Shown here piece by piece: positions 9,820 through 18,251 of a stretch of 39,077 nucleotides of DNA (the first letter of the stretch is position 1; every line of letters starts with the position of its first letter). Origin of the DNA: Kiritimatiellota bacterium (GTDB taxonomy: Bacteria > Verrucomicrobiota > Kiritimatiellia > CAIQIC01); assembly GCA_026398385.1 (NCBI GenBank), contig JAPLSZ010000253.1:1-39077 (forward strand), given 5' to 3'. Position numbers and translations under genes: made by a program. The notes under the pieces are model-generated. The model was not told where the DNA came from and searched no databases. It worked only from the letters and a program-made list of their open reading frames with translations.

Positions 9820-10269
9820 TCAGGCCCTGGCTTTGGGGATCTTGACGGTTTTCGGAATCGGCGGTGGCGGCGGGGCGCCCGGCGCCTCGAGGTCGTGGAC
9901 GATCTCGCGCAGGATGGTGCTGTAGCCCTTGCCGGCGGCCAGTTGCTGATCGGTTTCCAACAGGATCGTTTCCGTGCCCGCCTGGTAGCCGGTTTCGAAG
10001 GTCAGGACGGTGCCGCCGACGCGCAGGTGGTCCCCGGCCAGCAGCCGGACCACGTCGATGCGCTCTTCGTTGACCCAGGTGCCGTTGTGGGACTGGAGGT
10101 CCTTGAGATAGTAGGCGCCATCCCACCAGCGCAGGCCGCAGTGGATGCGCGAGACCTTCTCGTCCGGCAGCACGACGTCGTTTTCGTGGCCGCGCCCGAT
10201 GGTGATCGGCACCTCGGTCAGGGGCACCACGATAATTCTGCCGTCGGCCACGGTGTACTTCAGCCGCAT
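9820..10269 (-). CDS. FHA domain protein
   Basis: IGRGHENDVVL, VSRIH and DLQSHNGTWVN carry the pThr-binding residues. GAGG SD precedes ATG 10269. Confidence 0.85.
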   Translation of the reverse strand: MRLKYTVADGRIIVVPLTEVPITIGRGHENDVVLPDEKVSRIHCGLRWWDGAYYLKDLQSHNGTWVNEERIDVVRLLAGDHLRVGGTVLTFETGYQAGTETILLETDQQLAAGKGYSTILREIVHDLEAPGAPPPPPIPKTVKIPKARA

Positions 10270-10296
10270 AAAGCCCTCATGCTTACTAAGCAAGAA

Positions 10297-10325
10297 AGCT
10301 TAGCGCCGCGCGGGACGATGGGCAA
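10297..10325 (-). promoter_or_regulatory. Putative sigma70 promoter of the FHA / ATP-grasp pair
   Basis: Minus strand TTGCCC-N17-TAAGCT. Confidence 0.4.
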
Positions 10326-10331
10326 GCCAAA

Positions 10332-11294
10332 TCAGAGCTGGCCCCGCGCCAGCAGGCCGCGAAAGTAGGCGATGGTCTTTTCCAGCCCCTCGTCGAGGCT
10401 GACGCGCGGCTCCCAGCCGAGCTGCTGCCGGGCCAGGGCGATGTTCGGCTGGCGCACCTTGGGGTCGTCCACCGGCAGCGGCCGGTGCACGATCTCGGCG
10501 CGGCTGCCGCAGAGCGCGCGGATGCGTTCGGCAAATTGCAGCACCGTCATTTCCTGCGGATTGCCGAGGTTCACCGGCTCATGATAATCGCATTGGGCCA
10601 GGCGGCCGATGCCTTCGATCAGGTCGGCCACGTAACAAAAGCTGCGCGTCTGATGGCCGTCGCCGAAGACGGTCAGCGGTTCGCCCTGGAGCGCCTGGGT
10701 GATGAAGGCCGGCACGACGCGGCCGTCGCGCGGGCGCATGCGCGGGCCATAGGTGTTGAAGATGCGCGCGATGTGCGTGTTCAAACCGTGGAACCGGTGG
10801 TAGGCCATGGTCAGGGCCTCGGCAAAGCGCTTGGCCTCGTCGTAGACGCCGCGCGGGCCGATGGGATTGACGTGGCCCCAGTACGTCTCCGGCTGCGGAT
10901 GCACCTCCGGATCGCCGTAGGTTTCCGAGGTCGAGGCCAGCAGGAAACAGGACTGCTTGGCCCGGGCCAGCCCGAGGGCCTTGTGCGTGCCCAGCGCGCC
11001 GACCTTCAAGGTTTGAATCGGGAACTCGAGGTAGTCAATCGGGCTGGCGGGCGAGGCGAAGTGGAAAATGTTGTCCACCGGTCCGCGGAGGTAGAGGTAA
11101 TCGGTCACGTCCTGATGGATGAACTGGAACCGGGAATGTCCCGCCAGGTGCTCGATGTTCGCCACGCTGCCCGTCAGCAGGTTGTCCAGGCAGACCACGC
11201 GGTGGCCCTGGCCGAGCAGCAGATCGCACAGGTGCGAGCCCAGAAATCCGGCGCCGCCGGTGACCACGGATACGATGTCCCGCTTCGCGCTCAT
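10332..11294 (-). CDS. uxs: UDP-glucuronate decarboxylase (UDP-xylose synthase), extended SDR family
   Basis: [54 protein letters not shown]. Confidence 0.88.
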   Translation of the reverse strand: MSAKRDIVSVVTGGAGFLGSHLCDLLLGQGHRVVCLDNLLTGSVANIEHLAGHSRFQFIHQDVTDYLYLRGPVDNIFHFASPASPIDYLEFPIQTLKVGALGTHKALGLARAKQSCFLLASTSETYGDPEVHPQPETYWGHVNPIGPRGVYDEAKRFAEALTMAYHRFHGLNTHIARIFNTYGPRMRPRDGRVVPAFITQALQGEPLTVFGDGHQTRSFCYVADLIEGIGRLAQCDYHEPVNLGNPQEMTVLQFAERIRALCGSRAEIVHRPLPVDDPKVRQPNIALARQQLGWEPRVSLDEGLEKTIAYFRGLLARGQL

Positions 11295-11419
11295 GTTATG
11301 CTCCAGCCGCAGCTTGGCAGAACCACCGCCCAAGAACCACAAAATAATCTTAGGGGCCGGGGGCGCAGGGCACTGCTGCGGGATGGTCGCCCTTCTCTGG
11401 CAACGGGCCAAACTCCAGC

Positions 11420-11442
11420 GCGGGGCTGGAAGCCCCGCCCAC
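11420..11442 (-). repeat. REP-like element GTGGGCGGGGCTTCCAGCCCCGC
   Basis: GT(A/G)G foot followed by a GC-rich palindrome. Related copies at 12731, 18994, 19062, 22559 and 22603. Confidence 0.8.
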
Positions 11443-11542
11443 GCCAAATTCATCATGGCATGCACCACGCTGCTGGTCTCCCATGTGGCGGAGACCTTAC
11501 CGGCAGAACAGTTACACCGCAGCTTTAATGATTTTGCTGCCC

Positions 11543-11575
11543 GATCTGTGAAATCTGCGAAATCTGTGGATAAAG
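11543..11575. repeat. 9-mer tandem array (aaatctgyg) ending TGTGGATAAAG
   Basis: gatctgtg aaatctgcg aaatctgtg gataaag. Its reverse complement resembles 12483-12513. Confidence 0.7.
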
Positions 11576-11623
11576 CTTTCCTTAGTCCGACCCTATCTCT
11601 GCTTCCCCGCGGCCGGGTGGTTT

Positions 11624-11632
11624 TGCTATAAC
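11624..11632 (+). promoter_or_regulatory. Putative extended -10 element of the TrmH-family gene
   Basis: TGcTATAAC, ending 6 nt before ATG 11639; no SD. Confidence 0.45.
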
Positions 11633-11638
11633 GCCCGC

Positions 11639-12553
11639 ATGACGGACGCGCGCCCCACCATCGCCAGCCTGCAAAACCCGCGCGTCAAGCAGGTCGTCAA
11701 GCTGCGCGACCGCGGCGCGCGCGACGCGGCGGGGCTGCTGCTGATCGAGGGCTATCGCGAGGTCAAGCGCGCGTTGGACAACCGCTGGCCGTGCGCCACG
11801 CTCTTTCACTGTCCTGAGCTGTTCATGGGCGGCAACGAGCGCGCGCTGCTCGAACGCGCCGCGGCGGGCGGCACGGAACTGGTCGAATGCACGGAGCCGG
11901 TGTTCCGGAAGATGGCCTACCGCGACCGGCCCGAGGGCCTGCTCGCGCTCGCGCCGCAAGTCCGCCGGACGCTGGCCGACCTGCGGGTGCCCGCGCAGTC
12001 GCTGCTGATCGTCACCGAGGCCATCGAGAAGCCCGGCAACCTGGGCACCATCCTGCGCAGCGCCGACGCCGCCGGCGTGCAGGCCGTCATCGTCTGCGAC
12101 CGCGGCACGGATGTCAACAACCCCAACGTCGTGCGCGCCAGCCTGGGCACGCTGTTCAGCGTGCCGGTGGCCGAGGCCGGTTCGCCGGAGACGCTCGCCT
12201 GGCTGCGCGCGCGGGGCCTCCGGGTGCTGGCCGCGCCGCCGCACGCCGACCGGGAATACACCGACGCGGACCTCACCGGCGGCCTGGCCATCGTCGTCGG
12301 CGCGGAGCAGTACGGGCTCAGCTCGCTCTGGATGGAGCACGCGGACGTGCAGGTGAAGATTCCGATGCTGGGTCAGGGCGATTCCCTCAACGTCGCCGCC
12401 GCGACGACCATCCTGCTGTACGAGGCGGTGCGGCAGCGACGGGGACGGGGAAGGCTGAAGGCTGAAGGCGGGGGAGGCGGAACTTTATCCACAGATTCCA
12501 CCGATTACGCAGAACAGGAGGGGCGCCGGAAATTAACCACGGACCACGGATAA
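11639..12553 (+). CDS. TrmH/SpoU family RNA 2'-O-methyltransferase with a repeat-derived C-terminal tail
   Basis: [48 protein letters not shown]. The last ~35 aa are read through short repeats. Confidence 0.9.
   Translation: MTDARPTIASLQNPRVKQVVKLRDRGARDAAGLLLIEGYREVKRALDNRWPCATLFHCPELFMGGNERALLERAAAGGTELVECTEPVFRKMAYRDRPEGLLALAPQVRRTLADLRVPAQSLLIVTEAIEKPGNLGTILRSADAAGVQAVIVCDRGTDVNNPNVVRASLGTLFSVPVAEAGSPETLAWLRARGLRVLAAPPHADREYTDADLTGGLAIVVGAEQYGLSSLWMEHADVQVKIPMLGQGDSLNVAAATTILLYEAVRQRRGRGRLKAEGGGGGTLSTDSTDYAEQEGRRKLTTDHG
12446..12553. repeat. 7-mer (ggctgaa) and 9-mer (acagattcc/accgattac; accacgga) arrays
   Basis: ggctgaa x2 at 12453-12466; ctttatccacagattccaccgattacgcaga at 12483-12513; ttaaccacggaccacgga at 12533-12550. 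Confidence 0.7.
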
Positions 12554-12565
12554 AGCGGTAAACGA

Positions 12566-12706
12566 CAAGGCTTGGCGCGGCCGAGCCGCAGTCAAGAATG
12601 TTTGGACAGGATTAACAGGATTTTCAGAAAGGTTGTTAGTTTGTGGACGGACAGGCTGGCTTGGCGACAGCTTTCAATCCTGTAGAATCTTGTTAATCCT
12701 GTCAAA
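12566..12706. mobile_element. ~140-bp MITE-like element, copy 2 (inverted relative to 198-338)
   Basis: The 30-nt and 35-nt arm segments are identical to the reverse complement of copy 1. Manual alignment gives about 17 differences overall, all outside the arms. Confidence 0.7.
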
Positions 12707-12730
12707 TCGTCTTGTGCGCTGGCCTATCCC

Positions 12731-12753
12731 GTGGGCGGGGCTTCCAGCCCCGC
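12731..12753 (+). repeat. REP-like element GTGGGCGGGGCTTCCAGCCCCGC
   Basis: Exact reverse complement of 11420-11442. Confidence 0.8.
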
Positions 12754-12888
12754 GGCCCCGCGTGCGGGGGAGCGCCGGGTCGCTCGTGCTTCGTCTTGTC
12801 CTGCATAGCTTCTCAGCGACGCAGGAAGCGAAGGGGCTTCGCCACTTCGCAGCAGAGACCCAGCCTATACCGTTGGGAAGGCGTCGCG

Positions 12889-14943
12889 CTATTCCGTCAG
12901 CCACTTGAAGAAGCGGACGAAGGCGGGATGCCGGCCGTTGGTGTCGGGATAGGGGTCGCGCCAGACCACGGCGACGGCGCGCTGCTCGGCCAACACGCCG
13001 CCGCTGCCGACCACCTGCGCCGCGAGAAGGATGGTGAAGAGCTGTTGCCGCGGACTCAGCAGGCGGTAGCTGTTGGCGACGAGCGATTCCCTGGCGCCAT
13101 CGTCGGCAAGGCTGGCAAAAACACTGGCATTGGTTACGGCCCGGCCCACCACCGCGAGGCTGTTGGTCCCATTGGCGCCGGTTTGGGTGAAGAGCCTCGT
13201 GGCGATCATCTGCGCATCGGCCGCGCTCACCGTGTTGGACGGACCGCCGGGGTAGTTCTGAATGGGGGCGTTCACAAAGGCCGTGGCCAGGGCGTTCGTG
13301 TTTTGCGAATTGATATTCACCAGCCCCCGCTGCACGGAGTTGGTCTGCGTGCTTGTGCCGAAGTAATCGAGCACCGGATGCAGGGGGTTGACGCCATCAT
13401 CATAAAGACTGATGGTGCGCCAGGGCAGGGTGGCATCGTAGAGCAAGAAGCCCAGTTCCGCCGCATTGGCGATAGTCCCGGTGGTGCGGGCGAACATATT
13501 AGTGCCTTCCGTGGAAGCAACGGAGACATTCATGGCACCTAACGTTATTTGTCCAAGGCTAGCGCTTTCCGCTTGCCAATCTTCCGGTCTCCAGTTGATC
13601 CGTGGATCAATAACGCCAAGGCCTCTCGGCGCGGACGTTAATGGTGTTATTTTATACGCAGAGAAAAAAGGAGGCGGCCCGGCCGGCATGTGATCCACAT
13701 GCTGGCCGGAGGCGTTGTCCACAAAGGCGGCCGGTAGAGTAACTGTCGCGTTGATCTGCCTGCCGCCGGGCCCCGAGGCGGCCAGGTTGTTGGTGGCAGC
13801 CGAGGTCTGTTGATAGGTGAACACACTCGTGTTGAATGAATAAGCTGCGGGTGTGAACGCCGCGGGCGCATTACTAACCAGAACGGGTGCCGTCCACGGC
13901 GCCGAAAGGGCTGTGAGCGTGATCGCGGGTGGATTGGCGAGTGTCACCTGGTAACTGCCCGCCGGGGCTATCGGGAAGGGATACCAGGTCTCATAGATCA
14001 CGGACGTGAGATTGGTCCAGTTGTTAGTTACCCCAGATACCACATTGGAGGCGATGACCTCGGTGAGCATGGGCACGGATTTCGTATAGAAGTTGGTGGT
14101 CCCGCCGGGCGGGACATCCGTAGACGTGTCGGCATAGGCCAGCAGATTGGAAAATGCATCCGCGGCTTGTGTCCCGGTGTTGAGACCACATTGCTGAAGG
14201 GCGACGACGATGTTCGCCTGGTTGGCGATCAGTGTGTTGGTAGGGACGTCCAGCATGATCAGGGCGTTGGTGAAATTCTGCTTGAAGGGCGGGAAGCGGG
14301 AGAAGGCGACAAAGTTCGAGGAATTGGCACCCAAGGCCCAGGTCTGCCGCAGCTCCGCCACGGATTCGAAGCGCTTCGCGCTGGCGCGGTTGTTGGTAAG
14401 ACTGGCCGAGTAGTCGGTCAATAACGCGTTGGTGAGCACGAGTTCGGCGGCGGACATGCCGGTGTTGCGCGTGCCGCCGCCGGCGACATTGGCATCCAGC
14501 AGACCGGAACAATTCACCGCGAGATAGGCGACTTGGCTCGTGGTTGTCAAACTGCTGATGACTACCCAGCCCGCGTTGGTTCCCGCGCTATAGCTTGCGC
14601 CCAAGGGGATGTAATTGGTCGCGGAACCGGAGTACAGGTTGGCGCTCGGCGTGTTCGTGGAGTAGATCGGGGCGTCCGCGTACAACATGTTGTTCGGCAT
14701 GGCAGCATCCATGGCGTCGAGCGCCCGGGTCAAGGCGGCGTGGGCGAGGTGGCGGGCTTTGACGCTGTCCAGGTAGCTGCGCCCGGCGATGCGCTCGGTG
14801 CGCATGGCGATGGCGAAGGCCACGGCCAGCACCACCAGCAGGCAGAGCATGCCGAGCACGGTGACCAGCGCAATGCCTTGCCGGCGCGTGTTCCGCGTCA
14901 CCCCCGTCCGCTCAGAAATGCTGAGCTTCGTGTTTTCGCTCAT
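12889..14943 (-). CDS. Large PilX/GspK-like minor (pseudo)pilin, Verru_Chthon cassette protein A-like
   Basis: RRQG|IALVTVLGML (no Glu5, as in PilX/GspK), an Asn/Thr/Ser-rich body, GLVNINS and a C-terminal EQRAVAVVWRDP...FFKWL. AGGAG SD. Confidence 0.75.
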   Translation of the reverse strand: MSENTKLSISERTGVTRNTRRQGIALVTVLGMLCLLVVLAVAFAIAMRTERIAGRSYLDSVKARHLAHAALTRALDAMDAAMPNNMLYADAPIYSTNTPSANLYSGSATNYIPLGASYSAGTNAGWVVISSLTTTSQVAYLAVNCSGLLDANVAGGGTRNTGMSAAELVLTNALLTDYSASLTNNRASAKRFESVAELRQTWALGANSSNFVAFSRFPPFKQNFTNALIMLDVPTNTLIANQANIVVALQQCGLNTGTQAADAFSNLLAYADTSTDVPPGGTTNFYTKSVPMLTEVIASNVVSGVTNNWTNLTSVIYETWYPFPIAPAGSYQVTLANPPAITLTALSAPWTAPVLVSNAPAAFTPAAYSFNTSVFTYQQTSAATNNLAASGPGGRQINATVTLPAAFVDNASGQHVDHMPAGPPPFFSAYKITPLTSAPRGLGVIDPRINWRPEDWQAESASLGQITLGAMNVSVASTEGTNMFARTTGTIANAAELGFLLYDATLPWRTISLYDDGVNPLHPVLDYFGTSTQTNSVQRGLVNINSQNTNALATAFVNAPIQNYPGGPSNTVSAADAQMIATRLFTQTGANGTNSLAVVGRAVTNASVFASLADDGARESLVANSYRLLSPRQQLFTILLAAQVVGSGGVLAEQRAVAVVWRDPYPDTNGRHPAFVRFFKWLTE

Positions 14944-14954
14944 GATGTTCTCCT

Positions 14955-14979
14955 GACGCGGCCAGAGGCCGCGTCTACA
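14955..14979 (-). repeat. GTAG REP-like hairpin directly upstream of the RBS of the PilX-like gene
   Basis: Minus strand TGTAGACGCGGCC-TCT-GGCCGCGTC, followed at once by AGGAG. Confidence 0.65.
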
Positions 14980-15031
14980 GTTAAAACGCCTGGATTATTT
15001 TAGCAAACCTCACATTCGAATATTGACCATG

Positions 15032-15709
15032 CTATGGATATTGCTCGGCATAACCCTTCTGGTTCTGCAAAAAGACGCGGGTGGTGTAGCGCTTCTCGTA
15101 TTTTTCAGGTGCGGCCCACACGCCCGGCCGCTGCGCGTCGGCATCGCTCAGCACGCTCATAAAGATGTCCACGTAGCGCGGAAGACCGTTGGATGAACCA
15201 TACCCAGTCACATCAAAGGCGGCGACGTTCGCGGCCACGGCACCCGAACCGCCGCCACTGCCCAGACCGCCCGTATAGGCTGAATTAATAGTGGCGACAG
15301 CGGTAGCGACGGTGCGCATGAGTTGGTGAGAGGGATTGGTGGTGTATTCCACAATACGGCCTTCCCGGTGTGTGCCATCGGGCGTCTCGGCCAGCGTGAG
15401 AAAGCGCGGCGCGGTGTGCGGAGTGCTGTTGGAAAAATTCACCATGATTGCGCCGGAGAGGTCCCGCGCGATAAAATCCAGCACCGCGCGGGCGCTAATG
15501 TTCTGGTCCATGCGCCGGGTGCCGCTCTCCCACGCCTTGGTGCTGCCGCTGAACACCTGGCCGAGCATCAGCAGGATGAGGGCCAGCACGGTCATGGCGG
15601 CCAGCAGTTCGATCAGGGTGAAGCCCCGGCGGAAGGCTGAGGGCTGAGAGCTGAAGGCGGAAGGCGGCAAGCCCAGCGCCGTTGGCTGATTTTTTAGGTC
15701 ACGTTTCAT
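15032..15709 (-). CDS. PilW/GspJ-like prepilin (Verru_Chthon C-like)
   Basis: RRG|FTLIELLAAMTVL, KAWESG, ARAVLDFIARDL and a C-terminal LPRYVDI...YTTRVFL. Confidence 0.8.
   Translation of the reverse strand: MKRDLKNQPTALGLPPSAFSSQPSAFRRGFTLIELLAAMTVLALILLMLGQVFSGSTKAWESGTRRMDQNISARAVLDFIARDLSGAIMVNFSNSTPHTAPRFLTLAETPDGTHREGRIVEYTTNPSHQLMRTVATAVATINSAYTGGLGSGGGSGAVAANVAAFDVTGYGSSNGLPRYVDIFMSVLSDADAQRPGVWAAPEKYEKRYTTRVFLQNQKGYAEQYP
15628..15669. repeat. Six degenerate 7-mers encoding a prepilin leader
   Basis: ggcggaa ggctgag ggctgag agctgaa ggcggaa ggcggca; the minus strand reads LPPSAFSSQPSAFR. Confidence 0.85.
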
Positions 15710-15778
15710 AGTCGTACTTCCGCCCCTCGGCTGCTGACCACCGCTAACAGCCAACCGCCGGCAAAATTTCCGCCCACG

Positions 15779-16234
15779 TCACATGCCGAAGTTATAGACT
15801 TCCGTATAGAACACGTTGGTGGTGGTGCCCCCGATGCCGGGATAGACGGTCAGCGTGACGCCCTGCACATTCCCCATGGCGTTCGTCGAGAGCCCATACC
15901 GGTACGTGTAATCTGCTGTCACATTGTTGCTGTATTTATAGTCCCGCACATTTAGCACGCCATATGAAATATCGCGGGGGGTCTTCCAGATCTCCGGAAT
16001 GGTGATGTTGGGCTGGGCGGCCCACGCGTTGGTCAGCGCCGCAGCGCGAAAGCCGTTGAGCACCTCGTCGGCGAACAGGGCGGACTGGGTGTCTTCAATG
16101 GTCTTCTGGTTGGCACCCAGCCCGTCGGCGAACAGGCCGAACACCGCCAGCAGGCCGACGCTCAACACGAGAATCGCCAGCGCGACTTCGACCATCGAGA
16201 AGCCGGCCCGACGTTGGAGATGGTTCGCAGGCAT
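15779..16234 (-). CDS. PilV/GspI-like prepilin (Verru_Chthon B-like)
   Basis: RRAG|FSMVEVALAILVLSVGLLAVFGLFADGL and a C-terminal TNVFYTEVY. Confidence 0.8.
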   Translation of the reverse strand: MPANHLQRRAGFSMVEVALAILVLSVGLLAVFGLFADGLGANQKTIEDTQSALFADEVLNGFRAAALTNAWAAQPNITIPEIWKTPRDISYGVLNVRDYKYSNNVTADYTYRYGLSTNAMGNVQGVTLTVYPGIGGTTTNVFYTEVYNFGM

Positions 16235-16237
16235 GAT

Positions 16238-16876
16238 TTATTCCACCTTTACGGTTCCGGTGAGTCCGTTGACCGTCAGTTGATTGGTAAAGGAATTGGA
16301 CTTGGTGGTCGGAGTGCCGTTGCTGGTGATATAGCCTTCGTTTAGGTTGATGTGTATGTAAAATTCTCCGCTCTGCACACTTCCGTCCGTTTTGAAGCGC
16401 AAAACCGGTACGCTGGAGGGAGAGAGCAATCCCTGATTGGCGGGGAAATTCGTGCACGTGTAGGCGGCTCCTCCGGGGTAGATGTCAGAATTGGTGTGGA
16501 TGATCACCCCCTGCGGCAGGAACGTCCAGTCGGTAAGGAAAAAGGGAATATTATTGCTGAGCGTACACATCGCATAGGCGTGGAAAGCCTTGGACCTGGA
16601 CGGATCGATAGGCTGCGAGTCGTTGGCCCATACCGGGAACAGCACATAGACCATCTGGCGGCGTGTGATGGCGTACTGGCGGGCGAGGCTCAGGCCGCTC
16701 TTGAGCTGGGCGGTGGCGCCGCGCAGGCTCGCGCCACGGCTCAGGCCGACGAGGGCCGGCGCGGCCACGGCGATCATGATGCCGACAATGGCCATCACCG
16801 CCAGCAGTTCGGCCAGCGTGAACGCCGCGCGCGGGCGCGGCCGGCGGCCGGTTCGGTCTGAATGGAGGGCGGGCAT
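16238..16876 (-). CDS. FimT/GspH-like prepilin (Verru_Chthon D-like)
   Basis: RAA|FTLAELLAVMAIV, LSLARQYAITRR, LRFKTDG and VNGLTGTVKV. Confidence 0.8.
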   Translation of the reverse strand: MPALHSDRTGRRPRPRAAFTLAELLAVMAIVGIMIAVAAPALVGLSRGASLRGATAQLKSGLSLARQYAITRRQMVYVLFPVWANDSQPIDPSRSKAFHAYAMCTLSNNIPFFLTDWTFLPQGVIIHTNSDIYPGGAAYTCTNFPANQGLLSPSSVPVLRFKTDGSVQSGEFYIHINLNEGYITSNGTPTTKSNSFTNQLTVNGLTGTVKVE

Positions 16877-16889
16877 AAATTCACACGTT

Positions 16890-17657
16890 TCAATAATAGA
16901 GGCGATCCTGGTCCGGCACGACGGTCGGACTGAGCGCTGCGCTGTAATTGGTCGGCGCCAACAGGGCATGGGTATCCATATAGCCCACCACGCCGCTGCG
17001 GGGGGTGGTGGTCGTGGTGTGCCAATTGCGCGAGTTCGCGGAACTCAGCGTGGGCTCGAAAATCACCGCCTTCTGACTGGGCGACCGGAAGATCGTCAGC
17101 TTCCGGCCGCCCATTCCGGCGACGCCGGCCGCCGCCACGTCGCTCTTGGCGTAACAATAGCTGGCCAGGCCGGCATTCGCGCTATAGCACGACTGGGCGC
17201 CGCCGGGGTACGCGGCCGCCCCGCTGTCGCTCGGGCAGCGGAGCAGGGTGACGTCCTTGAAGTAATTGGTCAGACTGTTATCCTGCGCGAACGCGTTGTC
17301 GTTGCCGGAGGTGTCGGGATAGACCAGCCGGAGATCCTGCACGGCCAGGTTGAGCAGCATGACGATCTGCCGCGCGTTGCCCATGCACTTGGCCAGCTTG
17401 CCCTTCCGCATGGCGCTTTGCGCGGCGGGCATCAGCATGGCCATGAGCACCGCGATCACGGCGATGACCACCAACAGCTCGATCAGCGTGAAGCCCCGGC
17501 GGAAGGCGGAAGGCTGAGGGCTGTAGGCGGAGGGTGGAAGGCTGAAGGCTGAAGGCTGAGGGTGGAAGGCCGCCGGCCAAAAACGCGAAACCGGCGGCGG
17601 GCAGCCCGCGCTACGCAAGCCAACGTTCGGCCTCTGGAACCTGGAACTCATCGTCAT
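16890..17657 (-). CDS. Prepilin-type protein with a 55-aa repeat-derived leader and a C-terminal H-X9-DG-like motif
   Basis: RRG|FTLIELLVVIAVIAVLMAMLMPA, KCMGNARQI, LRCPSD and WH...GYMDTH. ATG overlaps the upstream stop (ATGA). Confidence 0.82.
   Translation of the reverse strand: MTMSSRFQRPNVGLRSAGCPPPVSRFWPAAFHPQPSAFSLPPSAYSPQPSAFRRGFTLIELLVVIAVIAVLMAMLMPAAQSAMRKGKLAKCMGNARQIVMLLNLAVQDLRLVYPDTSGNDNAFAQDNSLTNYFKDVTLLRCPSDSGAAAYPGGAQSCYSANAGLASYCYAKSDVAAAGVAGMGGRKLTIFRSPSQKAVIFEPTLSSANSRNWHTTTTTPRSGVVGYMDTHALLAPTNYSAALSPTVVPDQDRLYY
17498..17570. repeat. Ten degenerate 7-mers encoding a prepilin leader
   Basis: ggcggaa ggcggaa ggctgag ggctgta ggcggag ggtggaa ggctgaa ggctgaa ggctgag ggtggaa; the minus strand reads FHPQPSA FSLPPSA YSPQPSA FR. 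Confidence 0.9.
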
Positions 17658-18175
17658 CTCCAGGAACGGATGTGAGTAGTGTCCGTTGAACTGTCGCTGG
17701 TGCTGCTGGGGCCCCAGGACCAGACGGCCACGCTGCGGCCCGCTACCGTTTCACCGTCCGCCGATACGGAGTTAACAGAATTCGTATCCACCGCGACTTT
17801 ATATGTGTGACCCCACGGGTCGTACAGTTGGCCGTCTACACCGCCGGGCACGGCATTCGTCCCGATGCTCTTTTCGCTGACGTCCAGATAACACACAGCT
17901 CGGAAATTGCCGGTATTGGTGGTAATGCCGCGCAGGACCTTGGTCAGGGTTACTTCCACCTCCTTATTCACCACGCTGGGGAAGGTGTTGTAATCGGTCA
18001 AATAGGCCTTGAGCGCGAGTTCGATCGCCCTGACCTCGGCGCGCGCCTGGGTTTTTTCCGCAGTGCTGATGGCTTTCATCACCGCCGGCAGCAACAGGGA
18101 GGCCAGCACGACAATGATGCCGATGACGACCAGCAGTTCGATCAGTGTAAAAGCTTTATTTCGTCGTGTTTTCAT
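17654..18175 (-). CDS. GspG/PulG-like major (pseudo)pilin
   Basis: MKTRRNKA|FTLIELLVVIGII, ALKAYLTDY, YDPWGHTY, VWSWGP. Confidence 0.82.
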   Translation of the reverse strand: MKTRRNKAFTLIELLVVIGIIVVLASLLLPAVMKAISTAEKTQARAEVRAIELALKAYLTDYNTFPSVVNKEVEVTLTKVLRGITTNTGNFRAVCYLDVSEKSIGTNAVPGGVDGQLYDPWGHTYKVAVDTNSVNSVSADGETVAGRSVAVWSWGPSSTSDSSTDTTHIRSWR

Positions 18176-18251
18176 AGCATCACCCCGCCAAGCCTTTCTC
18201 GTTCTTCACAACCTTCAACCCCTGCGTTCCAGGCAACCTGCGGCTACCTGT

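Noticed and set aside
11300-11345. ops/JUMPstart-like GGCGGTGG upstream of uxs
   Set aside because: It is only a partial match to GGCGGTAG and lacks the JUMPstart hairpin; likely chance in GC-rich DNA.
11565-12493. Perfect DnaA boxes as evidence of oriC
   Set aside because: There are only two boxes, about 900 bp apart and embedded in 9-mer arrays, with no dnaA/dnaN and no box cluster or unwinding element.
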